Part shown: piece after piece, positions 27,686 through 42,719 of the stretch
How the letters are laid out: each line of letters begins with the position of its first letter
Position numbering within the stretch: the first letter of the stretch is position 1
The notes under the pieces: generated by a model
Seen by the model: the letters and a program-made list of their open reading frames with translations, nothing else
Databases searched by the model: none
Told to the model about the DNA's origin: nothing
Made by a program: the position numbers and the translations under genes
Source of the DNA: Octopus vulgaris
Taxonomy: Eukaryota
Reading direction: 5' to 3'
NCBI GenBank assembly: GCA_951406725.2
Contig: OX597835.1
Location: 26,722,001 to 26,786,000, forward strand
DNA length: 64,000 bases

Positions 27686-29304
27686 ATTCATTCATAATTT
27701 CATTATCCTTAACTGTCGAGAGCAGTTTTATACATCAAGCTTTCTTTTGTTGAGGAATATCATGTTTGTAAGTATTTTTTTGTTAAGACAATTTGACTTG
27801 CAGAAAACACCAATTCTATGTCATGTTTGAAACTATTTTTTCTTCAGATATATCGAGTTTGTGGAGACAACGTGATTTAAAGAAAATACAGTTTCTATAT
27901 GTTGGCAAATATCTAAATGTTGTTACTGGAATAACATGAAATTTAATTCCGCCGTTAAAGGGTTGATGTTATTCCAAACAAGGTTTGAGGTTACTGTTGT
28001 GTAATGGACCATAAAGAAGAAAAGAATGGGTTTTACAAATTCGAAAGATGCCGATTGAATGAAATCTTAAAGGACTGAATACCACAGAACAGAGGAAAAC
28101 AAGACGATGATAATGAGTTCCAGAGAGCAGCAGTTCAAGGAAAGAAGCTATTATAATAAATGGACTTATGACTAATAGGAAGCTCAACAGAGAAATGATG
28201 AGCCAGGGATGAGAAACGGGTGACACGTTTAAAGGTTCCGACAGAGTGTATTAGAGCAGAAAGGCGGTGAGCTGGCAGAAACTTTAGCATGTCGGGCAAA
28301 ATACTTTGAGTCATTTCGTCCGTCTTTACATTTTGTGTTCAAATTCTGCCGAGGTCGACTTTGCCTTTCATACTTTTCCTTCATATGGCTGCCTGGTGCA
28401 TAAATACACACACCCTCATATTGCATTCATGTGCTTCAACTTTACCTTTCTCTTGTTACGTACCCGACAGTTATATCAACTCAGGTCCTTTTCTCCAGAA
28501 ACCCTATTTTTTTTCACCCTATCCCTTTTCTTTCTTGTGCCTTGTGAGTGCCATTCCCAAAGTACTCACAAAGCAATGAGAGTTAGTACTTGGAATTTCT
28601 TCCACAGCATGCTAGTTAACCCGTAACGAGAACCTGACATGAGCTACTATACCGGGTCAGAGTAGATCTGACAACAATGATACCGAAAGCCAGGGACCCA
28701 CTTCCGAATGTTATTTAAAGTCATACCAGGAGACTATTATAGCGTCTTTATGTTCCCAGCCACAAAGGAAGACAACTCCAAACAAGTTTCGGTATTATTC
28801 TGTTCTCATCAGCAAATGATAATCACAATCATTGCACTGCTCTATTAGAAATAGAACTGGGGAGGCACAACAACAACAATATGAATATGATTCTATATCC
28901 CTTGCATGAGTCACAGATGAAAAAGGGGCTTGCAAAACAACAGAAATTCATTAAAGACAAAAGGCATTTTTAGGACATTCTCCCCACATCAAAGTTCCTA
29001 CTCTTCCTTTCCCTCTCATTTTTTCCACTCTTCCCCTCACTCTACCTCCACGTTTCTCTCCCGCTCTCTCTCTCTCTCTCTCTCCTCCCTCTCTCTCTCT
29101 CTTTGCATTCCCCATTCTCTGCCTCTCCCTCGTTTTCACCATCCACCTCTTTAATTGCATTTCCTGTTACCTCCCCCTCTCTCTCGCCCACCGCCTCCCG
29201 TTAATGAAGTAATACTTACTTTTTGGATCAACAAGAGCAGTTAGGATGTGTGAGTGTGTGTGTGTGTGTGTGTGTAGATAGATAGATAGATTAGATAGAT
29301 AGAA

Positions 29305-29336
<32 letters not shown>

Positions 29337-29383
29337 TGTTACAAAAAGAAAATAGAAACTACACGTGGTAATGTAAGGGGAAA

Positions 29384-29426
<43 letters not shown>

Positions 29427-29785
29427 CATATATATATATGCATACATACACGCACACATATATATGCATTACACACACACACACACATATATATATATAC
29501 ATATAAAACATATATGCATGCATACATCCACACATACATTCGTACATACACACGTACATATCTATACCTATATACTCTGTGAATGAGTACATTCGCAACA
29601 AGTCTCTCCGTCAATGATATTTTCATTAACATTATGTGTTAATTAGGATAATTACGATAATATACATATAACGAGTATCGAATTAAGATTGATAATTATG
29701 TTTACATTCAGAGAACACGGTTTGACATTTGCATAGAATGCACGCACGCATGCAAACACACACATACTATATATATGTGTGTGCG

Positions 29786-29827
<42 letters not shown>

Positions 29828-29849
29828 CACGAACATATATATATGTGTG

Positions 29850-29962
<113 letters not shown>

Positions 29963-30489
29963 TCCTGCATCATACATATATATATATATGTATATGTATA
30001 TATGTATCTATATAGTGAGTGTGTGTACATATGCACATGCATGTGTTTGCATATATATATCTGTGTGTGTGTGTGTATATATATATCAATACACACACAC
30101 ACATACTCATGGTTTGTCCTTGGTGGGAAATATCTCACCGAAAAGAAGAGGATCTCTTTTTACACAAGTTTGAAGATTGTGTAATATTAAATTCTTAATT
30201 AAGAGATATTTTAATTATTCCTTTTTATACAAAATTAAATCTTTAATTTACTTCCATTCTTGCAATCTCAGCAATCACGAATGGCACTATTTCGATCTTC
30301 TTGGGAATCATCAACACGCAGTAACACAAGCAGTTCCTGTTAAATATGGTAAATTGAACCTTCTTCTACGAAATCTAAAGATTAGGAGGGCAAATAGAAG
30401 ACCAGGAGATATTTCATTGGTCAAAAATATAATTTCGTGTTTCATTCTAATTCGTTAGCTGTTTAGCCTTCGGGAAAGGAAAAAGTTCT

Positions 30490-30538
<49 letters not shown>

Positions 30539-30727
30539 CCAGTTTACACATATAGTACCATTTGAGCATTAAGGTCGATTTTGCCTTTCATCCTTTTGGG
30601 GTCGATAAAGTAAGTACCAGTAAAGTACTGGGGATCGATGTAATCGGCTAATCTCCTCCGCCCCAAATTTCACGCTTTGTGCCTATACTACAAAGGATTA
30701 TTATTATTATTGTTGTTGTTGTTGTTA

Positions 30728-31341
<614 letters not shown>

Positions 31342-31373
31342 TATTATTATTATTATTATCATCATCATCATCA

Positions 31374-31488
<115 letters not shown>

Positions 31489-31523
31489 TATTATTATTAT
31501 TATTATCATCATCATCATCATCA

Positions 31524-31561
<38 letters not shown>

Positions 31562-31859
31562 GTTATTATTATTATTGTTATTATTATTATTATTATTATC
31601 AATATTGCCATGGTTGTCAGTGAAAAAAGAAAACGCAACTTCTTGTTTGTCGTTGTTATGAAATTTTATGTTTCACAAAATAAATCCATTTTAAAACCGT
31701 AAATAAATGTTTTGATATCATTTTCTTCCATCAGTTATTCTGATGGTAAATAAACCAAGAATAAATACTTTTATGATTTTCATAACAATATATTCCGTTT
31801 TATCTTCTAATCTAATTATTCTGATGTAACATTATATATAAATATATATGTTATAGTTG

Positions 31860-32046
31860 AAATTTATAGAGAAACCAAAGACGAATAGTTGTGTATGAAC
31901 AAGAAGCAAGTGTATTAGTTTGACGCTCGGGAATGTGAAAAGGCCTTTTACATTTTGAGCTGACGCTCTTCAACAGATAGGAATACGAGAAAATAAAGAG
32001 AGAGGGAAAGAAAAAACTTGTAGATTTCAGCGGTCCCGCATGACGA

Positions 32047-32133
<87 letters not shown>

Positions 32134-32520
32134 CACCATGATAGATCGTTAGCCACTACACACATACTTTTTCTCTCCTTGTTTTTTTTCTGTGTCCCTT
32201 TCTGTAGAAGAGCGTAGGTTCGAAACGTAAAAGACTTTTTCTATTCCTGAGCGTTATACTAATACATCTGTTTGTTTTGTACATCACCTGACTTCGTCTT
32301 TTGATTTTTCGTAAACTCTCCCTATATATATATAGAAATGGTAAGACAACAAAAGAATGAAAGAGACCTCGATATTATGTAAATAGAGGAATTCATCTGT
32401 GAATATATGTGACAATTATTCGGTAGCCATGACTAAACTCTAAGTTTCGGATTTCGGGGCGGAAACCCACACCGCCTTCTCTTCAGTTATCCGGCCATCG
32501 AAAAAATGCTCTGAAAAATG
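31860..32520. mobile_element. Cluster of three PLE-terminus-like elements with hammerhead motifs
   Basis: Minus core 31949-31976 (CTGTTGAAGAGCGTCAGCTCAAAATGTA), plus core 32202-32229 (CTGTAGAAGAGCGTAGGTTCGAAACGTA), minus core about 32421-32500 (CTGAAGA...CGAAACTTAGAGTT). Confidence 0.65.
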
Positions 32521-32652
32521 ACCGTTAAACAAAGGGAAATTACTGTTTACAAATAATTATGTTTACTGTTAACTTTAATTTATAGAACTTGTCTGAACTA
32601 CTTCATACGTAACTACAACACACACATACATACTCAGTCATACACAGACTCA

Positions 32653-32715
<63 letters not shown>

Positions 32716-32937
32716 CGTCATATTTTTCTGTAGTTCTCATTCTTTCGCTTTTTAGTACGAATTGTAAACAATCGATATTATTCAGGTAGGTAGAGTCCCT
32801 GTTTGCTGAGCGGGAATCGAAAGAAAAACAATGGTTTAATTACTTTCTCGTTCATTTTGAGGGAGTCCTGGAAGAACGAGGTGACCATCGAGAAGCATAT
32901 TGTTTTACCTGTGGCTGCGTTCAGTCGTTGCAATTAA

Positions 32938-33156
32938 CCCTTTTGATACCAACCCGCCTGAAACCGCCTCTGGCACTGTAATACAAATGTCTTGTTTTCA
33001 AAAGATCTGAATTAAAATCTTCCACCAAATCTTAGTCACAATTTGTTCCTAACATTAGCTTAATGATGTCTACATTATTTTAATAATTCCTGGTTATATT
33101 TAAAATTAATTGAAAGAGACACAGAGTATCTCAACAGAAATATAGTAATGAAAGGG
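32938..33156. mobile_element. piggyBac-type MITE
   Basis: TTAA|CCCTTT ... AAAGGG|TTAA. Confidence 0.8.
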
Positions 33157-33639
33157 TTAAGAGTGTTCTATTAATCTCTTCGAGAAGGAACCAGCAGAAA
33201 AATAGACAAACAAACGAAAAGAGAAGTAAAGAGAGAGAGAGAGAGAAAGACAGAATAAAGCAAGTTTTTCACTGCTTACCTTCTAGCATGTAGACTGGCA
33301 GTCAACGTACAGCAAATCCACTCACAACGCTTTGGTCAGCTCAAGGCTTTAGCAGAAGACGCCTGCACAAGGTACCACGCAGACGGACAGAGCCATGTGG
33401 TGGGGAAGTATACTCCTTATCACACAGGCATACCTGCTCTTTTAAAAGATTTAACCCATGGAGAGTATTCTTGAACCCTTCTTAAGAGCCGAATTCAATC
33501 ATGTGTCCCCAGAGGTTTCTTATCGAAAGAAGCTACCGGCAAAGTTTACCTCTTTGTGATCAAAACTATAAGTTCAGCCATTTAGTTATGCCAATGCTTT
33601 AAAATTTAATTTTAAATATTCAAGGTTGTTAAATATTCA

Positions 33640-33790
33640 AGCTTGTTTACCAACCACATGGTTCCGGGTTCGGTCCCGCTGCGTGGCACCTTGGGCAAGT
33701 GTCTTCTACTATAGCCTCGGGCCGACCAAAGCCTTGTGAGTGGATTTGGTAGACGGAAACTGAAAGAAGCCCGTCGTATATATGTATATA

Positions 33791-33849
<59 letters not shown>

Positions 33850-34072
33850 GTGTGTTTGTGTATCTGTGTTTGTCCCCCTAGCATTGCTTGACAATCGATG
33901 CTGGTGTGTTTATGTCCCCGTTACTTAGCGGTTCGGCAAAAGAGACCGATAGAGTAAGTACTGGGCTTACAAAAGAGTAAGTCCCGGGGTCAAGTTGCTC
34001 GATTAAAGGCGGTGCTCCAGCATGGCCGCAGTCAAATGACTGAAACAAGTAAAAGAGTAAAAGAGTAAGAGT
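33640..34072 (+). mobile_element. SINE family A, near full length
   Basis: tRNA-like head, internal (TA)n, tail GGCGGTGCTCCAGCATGGCCGCAGTCAAATGACTGAAACAAG(TAAAAGAG)n. Confidence 0.92.
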
Positions 34073-34149
34073 ATTTAAAAAAGGGTTATGTATAAAGCTA
34101 AACTAGCACCTACATTTTTTTTTAGAATAAATTTTCGATTCATTTATAA

Positions 34150-35610
34150 AGATTATATTCCAGTGACATTTTCCACGCTTTTATTCACCTCCAGCTTGGC
34201 ATAAGAATCGATTAGCTCAGTTTTCTCTCTACTCTCACGACCTTTGCAAACAAAAAGCTTCGCAGATAGGAAAAATTTTATGATTCTCGGGAAAGAGAAG
34301 CTAAAATTTGAAATGAAAATCAAAATAAAAATGGGCAGCAAGGAATGATTCATCGTTCCAAGTATTACGAACAGTATAAGTGAATTGACGATTTGGTTTG
34401 TATTTAAAATTGGATATACATACAAATAAATGATTTGAGGTGGAATTAAGAAGTATAAAAAATCATTATTATGAGTCATTATAGAAAGCCCTACCGGTTT
34501 CATCAGAGCTGATCACTGTCCTTTCCATGCATTTTAAGTAAGGAGGATAAGTTTTTAACTGTCTTTTGTGGGTTATAGTACTTTATCTTCTCATAGTAAG
34601 TATTGCTTTCCAGCATGGAGAGTATTAAATTTTTATAGTACTCTGTATCCATCACTACTACCGCACATCCTTTATCGGCTTCTTTAATGGTCAGGTTTAT
34701 ATCGTTTTTTAACTCGATTAGGTTTTTCCATTCATTTGTGTTGAGGTTGGAATTAATTCGTTGTTTTTATAGGGCATTAAATGGAAAATTGGTAATGTGT
34801 TCCCTAAAGCCATCAAGTGCTTTATTTCTGCCTTTAGCAGGACTGTATTCTCTTTTGTTTTTCCCTATTGAGTCATCTTCGCTGTTGTAGTTATGACGTG
34901 CTTCTATGAGACACAATTTTCGACTATATATGTGGGCGGCATAACTGTGGCACAAGACCCACTTTTTGAATTTTACTTGAGATAAGGTGAAATATTTAAG
35001 ATAAAGTCAAATTTTACTTGTGCCTCTAAAAACTTAATCTATGTTATTACCTGCTTATGTTGCGGAAACCACTATATAACCCAAACACACAAATCCCTCA
35101 AACAAAGAGCAACACTTCACAAAGACCAAATCCGCTTCCCACAATATAGACAGATACAGGTCAGTGAGCACATAGATAGAGGTGCTAGGAACCTTAAACC
35201 AAGCTTCATAATTTTCACTTTTCATCAATGTTCCCAGACAACAAAGATTAAATAAAAAGGCAACTTTCGTTAATATCAACCACAACTTAACATGAACACA
35301 CAACTTAATACACGACACTACTAACCTCACTAATACCAACAATCCCGCTAATCCTCATACATCCCATATACCATTCATATTCGAGTAATAATATCTACCT
35401 TAATTGCATCACCTTCAGAACTACTTACCTCCCTTGCATGTAATCTTTTCACTCAGTTACTATCAGACCTAACAGCGTTTGGAAATCGGTGTTCATTCAA
35501 AGTCAGTGATCAGCTCTGATGAAACCGGTATGGCTTTCTATAATGACTCATAATAATGATTTTTTATAATTCCTAATTTCACCTCAAATAATTTATTTGT
35601 ATGTATATAT
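34150..35610. mobile_element. Rearranged Penelope-like element: inverted RT fragment, GIY-YIG fragment and inverted terminal repeats
   Basis: Minus 34560-34760: NLNTNEWKNLIELKNDINLTIKEADKGCAVVVMDTEYY. Plus 35030-35290: NLIYVITCLCCGNHYITQTHKSLKQRATLHKDQIRFPQYRQIQVSEHID ... QPQLN. Inverted repeat of ~105 bp at 34414-34518 / 35504-35608. Confidence 0.88.
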
Positions 35611-35714
35611 CTTCGTTTTTATTTTACAAAAAGCCATTACTTTTATGCCTGATGTGCATTTTCTTTGTTTTTACTTTTCACACACACACACACACACATA
35701 TATATATTTTTTTC

Positions 35715-35927
35715 TACTTGTTTCAGTCATTTGACTGCAGCCATGCTGGAGCACCGCCTTTAGTCGAGCAAATCGACCCCGGGACTTATTCTTTGTAAGC
35801 CCAGTACTTATTCTATCGGTCTGTTTTGCCGAACCGCTAGGTGACGGGGACATAAACACACCAGCATCGGTTGTCAAGCAATGCTAGGGGGACAAACACA
35901 GACACACAAACACATACACACACACAA

Positions 35928-35972
<45 letters not shown>

Positions 35973-36402
35973 CGACAGGCTTCTTTCAGTTTCCGTCTAC
36001 CAAATCCACTCACAAGACATTGGTCAGCCCGGGGCTATAGCAGAAGACACTTGCCCAAGATGCCACGCAGTGGGACTGAACCCGGAACCATGTGATTGGT
36101 TAGCAATCTACTTACCATACAGCCACTCCATATATATATGTTCGTATGTATGTATGTATGTATGTATGTTTGTATATGTATATGTGTATATATATATAGA
36201 TATATATATATATATATATACAAGTACATACACACACACGACGGGCTTCTTTCAGTTTCCGTCTACCAAATCCACTAACAAGGCCTTAGTCGGCTCGAGG
36301 CTATAGTAGAAGACACTTGCTCAAGGTTTCACGCAGTGGGAATGAACCTGGAACCATTTGGTTGGGAAGTAGACTTCTTACCACAAAGCCACACCTGCGC
36401 CT
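35715..36402 (-). mobile_element. SINE family A, full copy plus a second 5' half in tandem
   Basis: Reverse complement of 33640-34072; the second head is at 36240-36402. Confidence 0.9.
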
Positions 36403-36499
36403 ATGTTAGAATACCGTTCTCAAATAAAGGCCATTTTGAAAACGTAAATACCGGGCACGAAACGAATTTAAATTATCTTACTTATTTAAACCCATGAGA

Positions 36500-37850
36500 C
36501 GACATGTTGCAAACCTCCAGTTATTCCTAGATCATTCAGTGTCTATTTCGCTGTTGTAATTTGTTAGGGTGGCTTTGTTTTCATAACGGCATTTTGTGTT
36601 TATTTGATTAGTATATTGTATATATCTGCAATACACAATTAGCATTGTTTTACTACATTTATCAAGAGGACTTCGTGCCCAATGATTGACCAGCTGACAT
36701 AGAAGTGACCCGTACGACTTCTTTCAAAGTTAAGCTCTTCTTTCTGGTTATAGCTGTGATATTCCTTTCAAACAGTCTTTTAATCTGCCTTCGCTCATAC
36801 CGATGTAAGGTGTCGTTGTTGCTGTACTGCTCGCCTGATATTTTTCATTCGTTTCCTTTCACATGTTTCTCATAATTGGAGATACATCGTTTGCAGAGCA
36901 GTTACAATTAGCTTCCTAGTTTTTGCTGAGGCTAGTCTCGAAGTTTATTCATTATTATGTAACAGACGTCTTTCTAAAACAATTTGTTTCTATTTATGAC
37001 AAATTACGAACGCTTTATTTTTTTGTTTTGAAATTAATTATACTGTAATTTTAGCTGATGAACGGGTTAAATCAGATGTTTTTTCCTTCGCTTATTTTCT
37101 GTTTTTCTTTCTCTTTTTTGCTGTTCGTTATTGGGCAATAAACTGACGTCCTTCATTTATTACAAACAATGATGTAAAACAATTTAGTCGTTTTATTGAA
37201 GGTTGTTTAATATCCGTGTTCTCCATAACTAACTAAATACTTTAATATATTGGGAGGATGATTAGAATCTTTATTTACACGATCTCGTTCAGCTTTCTAT
37301 ATCTTTTCGATATTTATCGATTTATAGACCTGGGAAGTTAATTATGCTTACTTTGATGACGGCTAATATAAAGGTCCTCTTTGAAAAAAATGACAACTCT
37401 TTCTGATATTTACCTGTCATTGCGTATTACGAGACTTCAGTTCTGTCACTCCTGTCCAATCTCGTGCCTAAGATAAAGTTTTGAGTTTTGTTTTTAGTAT
37501 ATTTAGAATATATATTGTGACTAGATTACATCTCTCAACTATTTATGCTGCCATCAATTGAATCATTTTTATAAACAAACATTCAAGTTTATAAAACTTT
37601 TTTCACATTCCAAACGCAATTAAGACCTTTTTATAAATCAAAATGAGTCCATCATTGCCCTCATTTCGTTGTCATAGATTAGTGGCTTGTTTAACTTTAT
37701 CGTTGATGTTTCTAACAATCTACTAATTACACCAAGTTCATAGTTTGTCTCCTTTGGTTTATCATTTGAAATTTCCTATGAAATTTTCATGTGATCATTT
37801 AGGGTCATGTATGGTTTTCATTTGGTTAAGAGTTCTATCCCTGTGTCTGG
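36500..37850 (-). pseudogene. Heavily decayed Penelope-like element (Naiad-like motif set)
   Basis: Collinear motif remnants on the minus strand: PYMTLNDH, ELGVISR..INDKVKQATN, GS*IVERCNLVTIYILN, VNKDSNHPPNIL, KRRK/NI*FNPF, CNCS, YIGMSEG, WSII, C*LCIADIY, KCRYENK. None appears as an ORF in the track. Confidence 0.72.
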
Positions 37851-39109
37851 TTTTCGTTAGGTTGCTTTGAGCTTTGCCCCACTTCGGATTTATTTCGTTA
37901 TAGGTCTTGCACATGCCCTCTACCTGGACTCAACCAAACAGCATTCTCGCCCTTGTATTTCAGAGTAAGCTATTCATCAAAACAAGAATAATGTATCTGC
38001 GTGTTTTGTGTCAAGGAAATGATAAAGAGTCCTCCTCACGACATGCATTTCGTATTCTATTCCTTTTCTGTTTTGTTCTTCAAATCAATTGGTTAATTCT
38101 TCCTCTGGACTTCGCTTCTCTGTTACAATATCTTTGCGTAAACGAACAGATTATGGTATAATTTACATTTTCAGCGTGATCTAGTTAATTCCCACTTAAC
38201 TAATTCGTTAATTTGGTCCTGGAAAGCTTTCTCTGCTAAGAAAAATGCGCTCAGCTTCAAGTACCCCTGTCTCCAGATCACAAAATGTGGAGTCTGTGTA
38301 GTCAAGTACACGAAACTGTGTTAGGAGAGGGATAGAGTTCCCCAAAACTATGTCTGTCTTAACGAGTGAAGGCCCGTGGCCCAGTGGTTAAGGTGATGGA
38401 CTCACAATTGCAAGGTCACGGTTTTGATTCTCAGATCGGGTGCTGCGTTGAGTTGTTGAGCGAAACACTTCATTTCGTGTCACTCCAGTACTTGCAGGTG
38501 AATAAACCTGAGATGGTTTGCCATCTCATTCGGAGAGAATTTTGTGATTTTAATCATTTACACAGCATGAAACTGGACCCACGAGGCTTTGGACTAAAGA
38601 CAAAACGTCCAAGGATCTTACGTTTTTTAATCTTAATAAACACTCAGTCCGATTTGGATGACTTGTTTTGGCTTGTCCAAATTCACGTTGATATATTAGG
38701 GATATCCAAGCAACACCTGTCAGAGAATTGGAACTATCTGGACAAACTTGCAAGGCTTTTTGCACAACCCTACCATGTCAGTTATTTACATAAAATTCCT
38801 TTACGCCTTTAAGATGCTATTCCAGTCTCCTAACAAAGCTTATGATTGAGATGTTCATAAGACATCAGAGGAAATCCGATCTTCTAGCTCTATTTGCTGT
38901 CCGGCAATGTTTATTCAGACGCATTTTGTGATGTCGGGCATGAAAATACCTTAAATCATCCATAACTTGCAGTTGGCAACATTTATTAAACGTTATTACT
39001 GTTATTTCTTGATTTTCTGCAAACAAAATGCAAAATAAGGTACACGCTTGCATTATGTTATATATACAATAATAATAAAGGACGTTACTGTATACATTTT
39101 TATAAACCA

Positions 39110-39236
39110 AGGACGTTATATAGACCTCCTTGACTCAAGTTAGAGACGGGGTGCGTATTATACACAAGGTTTAGGTTTTTCAGAGGTACAGCCCCCTAAA
39201 AATCCCCTGCGTATTATACTCGAGGATTTACGGTAA
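39110..39236. mobile_element. pogo/Tc2-like DNA transposon terminus
   Basis: Ends ...GCGTATTATACTCGAGGATTTACGGTA with a duplicated subterminal TGCGTATTATAC. Confidence 0.5.
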
Positions 39237-39404
39237 CGACTAACACAACCATGAGCTTTTAGGCCATAGAAAATATCTCAATTCTCGACCACACATAAAT
39301 CCCAGATATATATCTAGCTTGTAGCCATTGAAACCTATCAAATTGCTTTGAACTAAGTACTTCAAACAGAAATGTTGGATTGCTTATAGTTCTACTCTTA
39401 ATAT

Positions 39405-40025
39405 AAACCTTTAGCATTCATTTTGCTCTACAATGCTTAATAATTCTCATTACTCTTTACTCTCTTTGTACTCTTTTACTTGTTTCAGTCATTTGATTGT
39501 GGCCATGCTGGAGCACCGCCTTTAGTCGAGCAAATCGACCCCAGGACTTATTCTTTGTAAGCCTTGTACTTATTCTATCGGTCTTTTTTGTCGAGCCGCT
39601 AAGTTACGGGGGCATAAACACACCAGCATCGGTTGTCAAGCGATGTTGAGGGGACAAACACAGACACACACACATATATATATATATATATACATACATG
39701 TATACGAAAGGCTTCTTTCAGTTTCCGTCTACCAAATCCACTCACAAGGCTTTGGTCGGCCTGAGGCTATAGTAGAATACACTTGCCCAAGATGCCACGG
39801 AGTGGGACTGAACCCGGGACCATGTGATTGGTAAACAAGTTACTTACCACACAGCCACTTCTACGACTGTGTTATTGTTTTATTTTAATCATGAATCGCC
39901 ACGTAACTTCAAAATTTTGATGTGATTATTTCTAGAGTGACATTGTAGGGGAGGTGTGAGAGACCAGATCTGGCTGGTTTTGGTCATAAAAATGTAAACT
40001 ATTCAGGTCTGATATGGCCAGTCCA
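39405..40025. mobile_element. Degenerate MITE-like repeat interrupted by a full SINE-A (39450-39860, minus strand)
   Basis: The SINE matches other copies; the flank begins AACCTTTAGCATTCA, resembling a piggyBac-type end. Confidence 0.7.
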
Positions 40026-40859
40026 ATTCTGCGTGGAGGTCATATTTATGAGCAATAGTCCAGACGGCTGGAAACAATTTGTTTTCCTTTTTTAACACAA
40101 ACAGTATGGTTTCCTACTCATAGTCTCAGAATCCATCCCATAATCCTTATCGCACATAACAGCCATCTTAGTGATGTACAGTTGAAAAGATGCATCATTA
40201 CTCATATCTACCTCCCAGTCACACACTGACTGTGAGGTTGGGATAGCAATTCCTGTCGTTCTTCTTTATCTTGATCACCGAGTGTCTGTAGATTTATTAT
40301 AAAGAGCTTGAACGTTTACGCCATAAAATTGCATGTTCAGTCGACTTATAAATCACATTAAGACTTTGCCGTTGGCCTGCTGCATCATCAGCGTGTGATA
40401 ATTCCCTATCATTAAAATAATTCATGGTAATTGATGTCTGTAAAACTGCAGGCTTGGCTGATAGAACCACTATAGAGAACAATTGCTCCAAGACAGTTCA
40501 CTTCACTCAAATGGTTATAAAAGTTTTGGTTGAACTAGCTTGGCGCAGCGTAAATGGCGTCACTGATTCGACGCTGACTAATTTGACATCAGACGTTTTA
40601 ATGGTTCACTCGTTTTAATGTTTCTCTCCTCTCCATCCTTGCGTTCCTGTGTGACTATACTTATGTGTAGAAGAGAAAAAGTGTTTTATATTACTCTCTC
40701 ATCCTTTCTGTGCGCGCGTGTTTGTCTCCGGCACCGAAAACTACTATCCTCAAAACACGCCAAAAATGCAGCGAGCCGGACCAAATCGTTAGCTGCCTAT
40801 CAGCAACACCCAGTCGTCTCATTCTACATTCAAAGTCAGTCTTTTCTTTTATGTGAGCA

Positions 40860-41070
40860 CGTCTGGCTGCAGACAATAGCCTTCTACCTCCTGAAAGGCC
40901 ACGCAGTAACTCCCCTTAGTTCCTAGCTAACCAGAGTCGACGCAGTTTTTGAACCGTCATTCCATAAGCGACTTTATCAAAAGCCTTCGGAAATTCACGA
41001 TGTATCACATCCACGTTTGGAAACTTGAGTAGCTGTTTGATATCCCAGCCGCAATGCTACATAAGCTGCT
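40860..41070 (-). mobile_element. CR1/L2-group LINE reverse transcriptase fossil
   Basis: KQLLKFPNVDVIHREFPKAFDKVAYGMTVQKLRRL resembles VDVIYLDFAKAFDKVDHG..KL. Confidence 0.75.
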
Positions 41071-41388
41071 CCCTTTAGGGTACGAATGCCTTGGTGAGTA
41101 CCGTGTAATTCTGTAAGGCGTGTAATTCTGAGAACGTGGCTAGTTTCCCGTTGATAAATCATCGTTGTAGGATTTTGTTGATATGAGAAGTGATAAAGAT
41201 AGGCGTGTGATTTTTAACATTTGCTCTGCTTCAGTATACACACATACACATACACACACGCACGCACACACACACACACGTACAAACTGGTCTCATACTT
41301 ATTAGAATATTGTTGTTGTATACATTATTACGCACACACACACAGATTATATATACATGTGTGGGCGTCTGTGTGTCAGTATAATAAA

Positions 41389-41424
<36 letters not shown>

Positions 41425-41425
41425 T

Positions 41426-41982
41426 ACCCTGATGCAGTACCAGGCTCTCGTGGCTTCTGATCTTAACTGGTTGGAAGTGTTATCATACATATACATTGTT
41501 TTGCCTTGGTATAAAAGATGGGCTACAGCAAATATTCTGCTCAATACCGCAGATTTCCTTGTCAGTTGTTTGACCTTTATCAGCTGAGCATGTCCCTTAG
41601 TGGCTGACGATATGTGCATCTCTGATCATGAGCAGAAGTAGTGGGGAAGCATCATAGCCATGTGTTGAGAGGAACTCTTTGGAGTTTGAATAATTCACCT
41701 CTGGAAAGATGGGTGTTTAGTTCAACATCCTTAGACAACCCTTATTCAGGGACCTTTTGAGCGGGACGGGCTACTCGACCAGAAAAGAATTCTAACTGGG
41801 CCCCCACCTGCAAGGTCATGTGCTGCTTATCTTGATATGAGATCACCATGTCGCGTACACATGGGTGTGATGCAAGTGCCAGGTGTACCCTTATCAGACG
41901 GGTATTCATGATGGGTATATTGGGCTTCGTATATTTTACCCCAGTGTCACTTTGTATGGTATGCATTGCTCTCTCACTCAAT
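41426..41982 (-). repeat. Second copy of the ~550-bp repeat, between (TAA)n arrays
   Basis: Matches 30728-31208; (AAT)n on both flanks. Confidence 0.9.
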
Positions 41983-42155
41983 AATAATAATAATAATAAT
42001 AATGAGAAGCCACGAGAGCCACTATTATATCAATCTAACTTGATGCAACCTCGAAAGACTGGCTCAGCAGTCAGCATCATTAGATGGTGGTCGGCATAAT
42101 GGGATAGGTTTATTTGCATATTCAAAACATTACTATGAACAATTTAAAAGATATA

Positions 42156-42217
<62 letters not shown>

Positions 42218-42482
42218 AATATACAGACACATATATGGAGACACACACACACACATATTCGCACAAATAACATATATATATATATATATACTTTCAGATA
42301 AAAGTAAAACAATTTGTATTTCTCTTGCAATCTTTTTTATTTTTAATTTTATTCATATTATTATTCACTTCAGAGAAATTTGTGCTTGACAAAGGTGAGA
42401 GGGAAGATGAAAGAGGCCACGAACAGATACATATGTAAGTATACACACAAACACATATACATCTGTATATATAAACATATAC

Positions 42483-42575
<93 letters not shown>

Positions 42576-42639
42576 TATATAAACATATATAAATATATAT
42601 GTGTATATATATGTATGTATATATATGTGTATATATATG

Positions 42640-42719
<80 letters not shown>

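Noticed and set aside
40030-40860. Unique-looking region with several short ORFs
   Set aside because: No splice-consistent exon or recognisable motif found; left unannotated.
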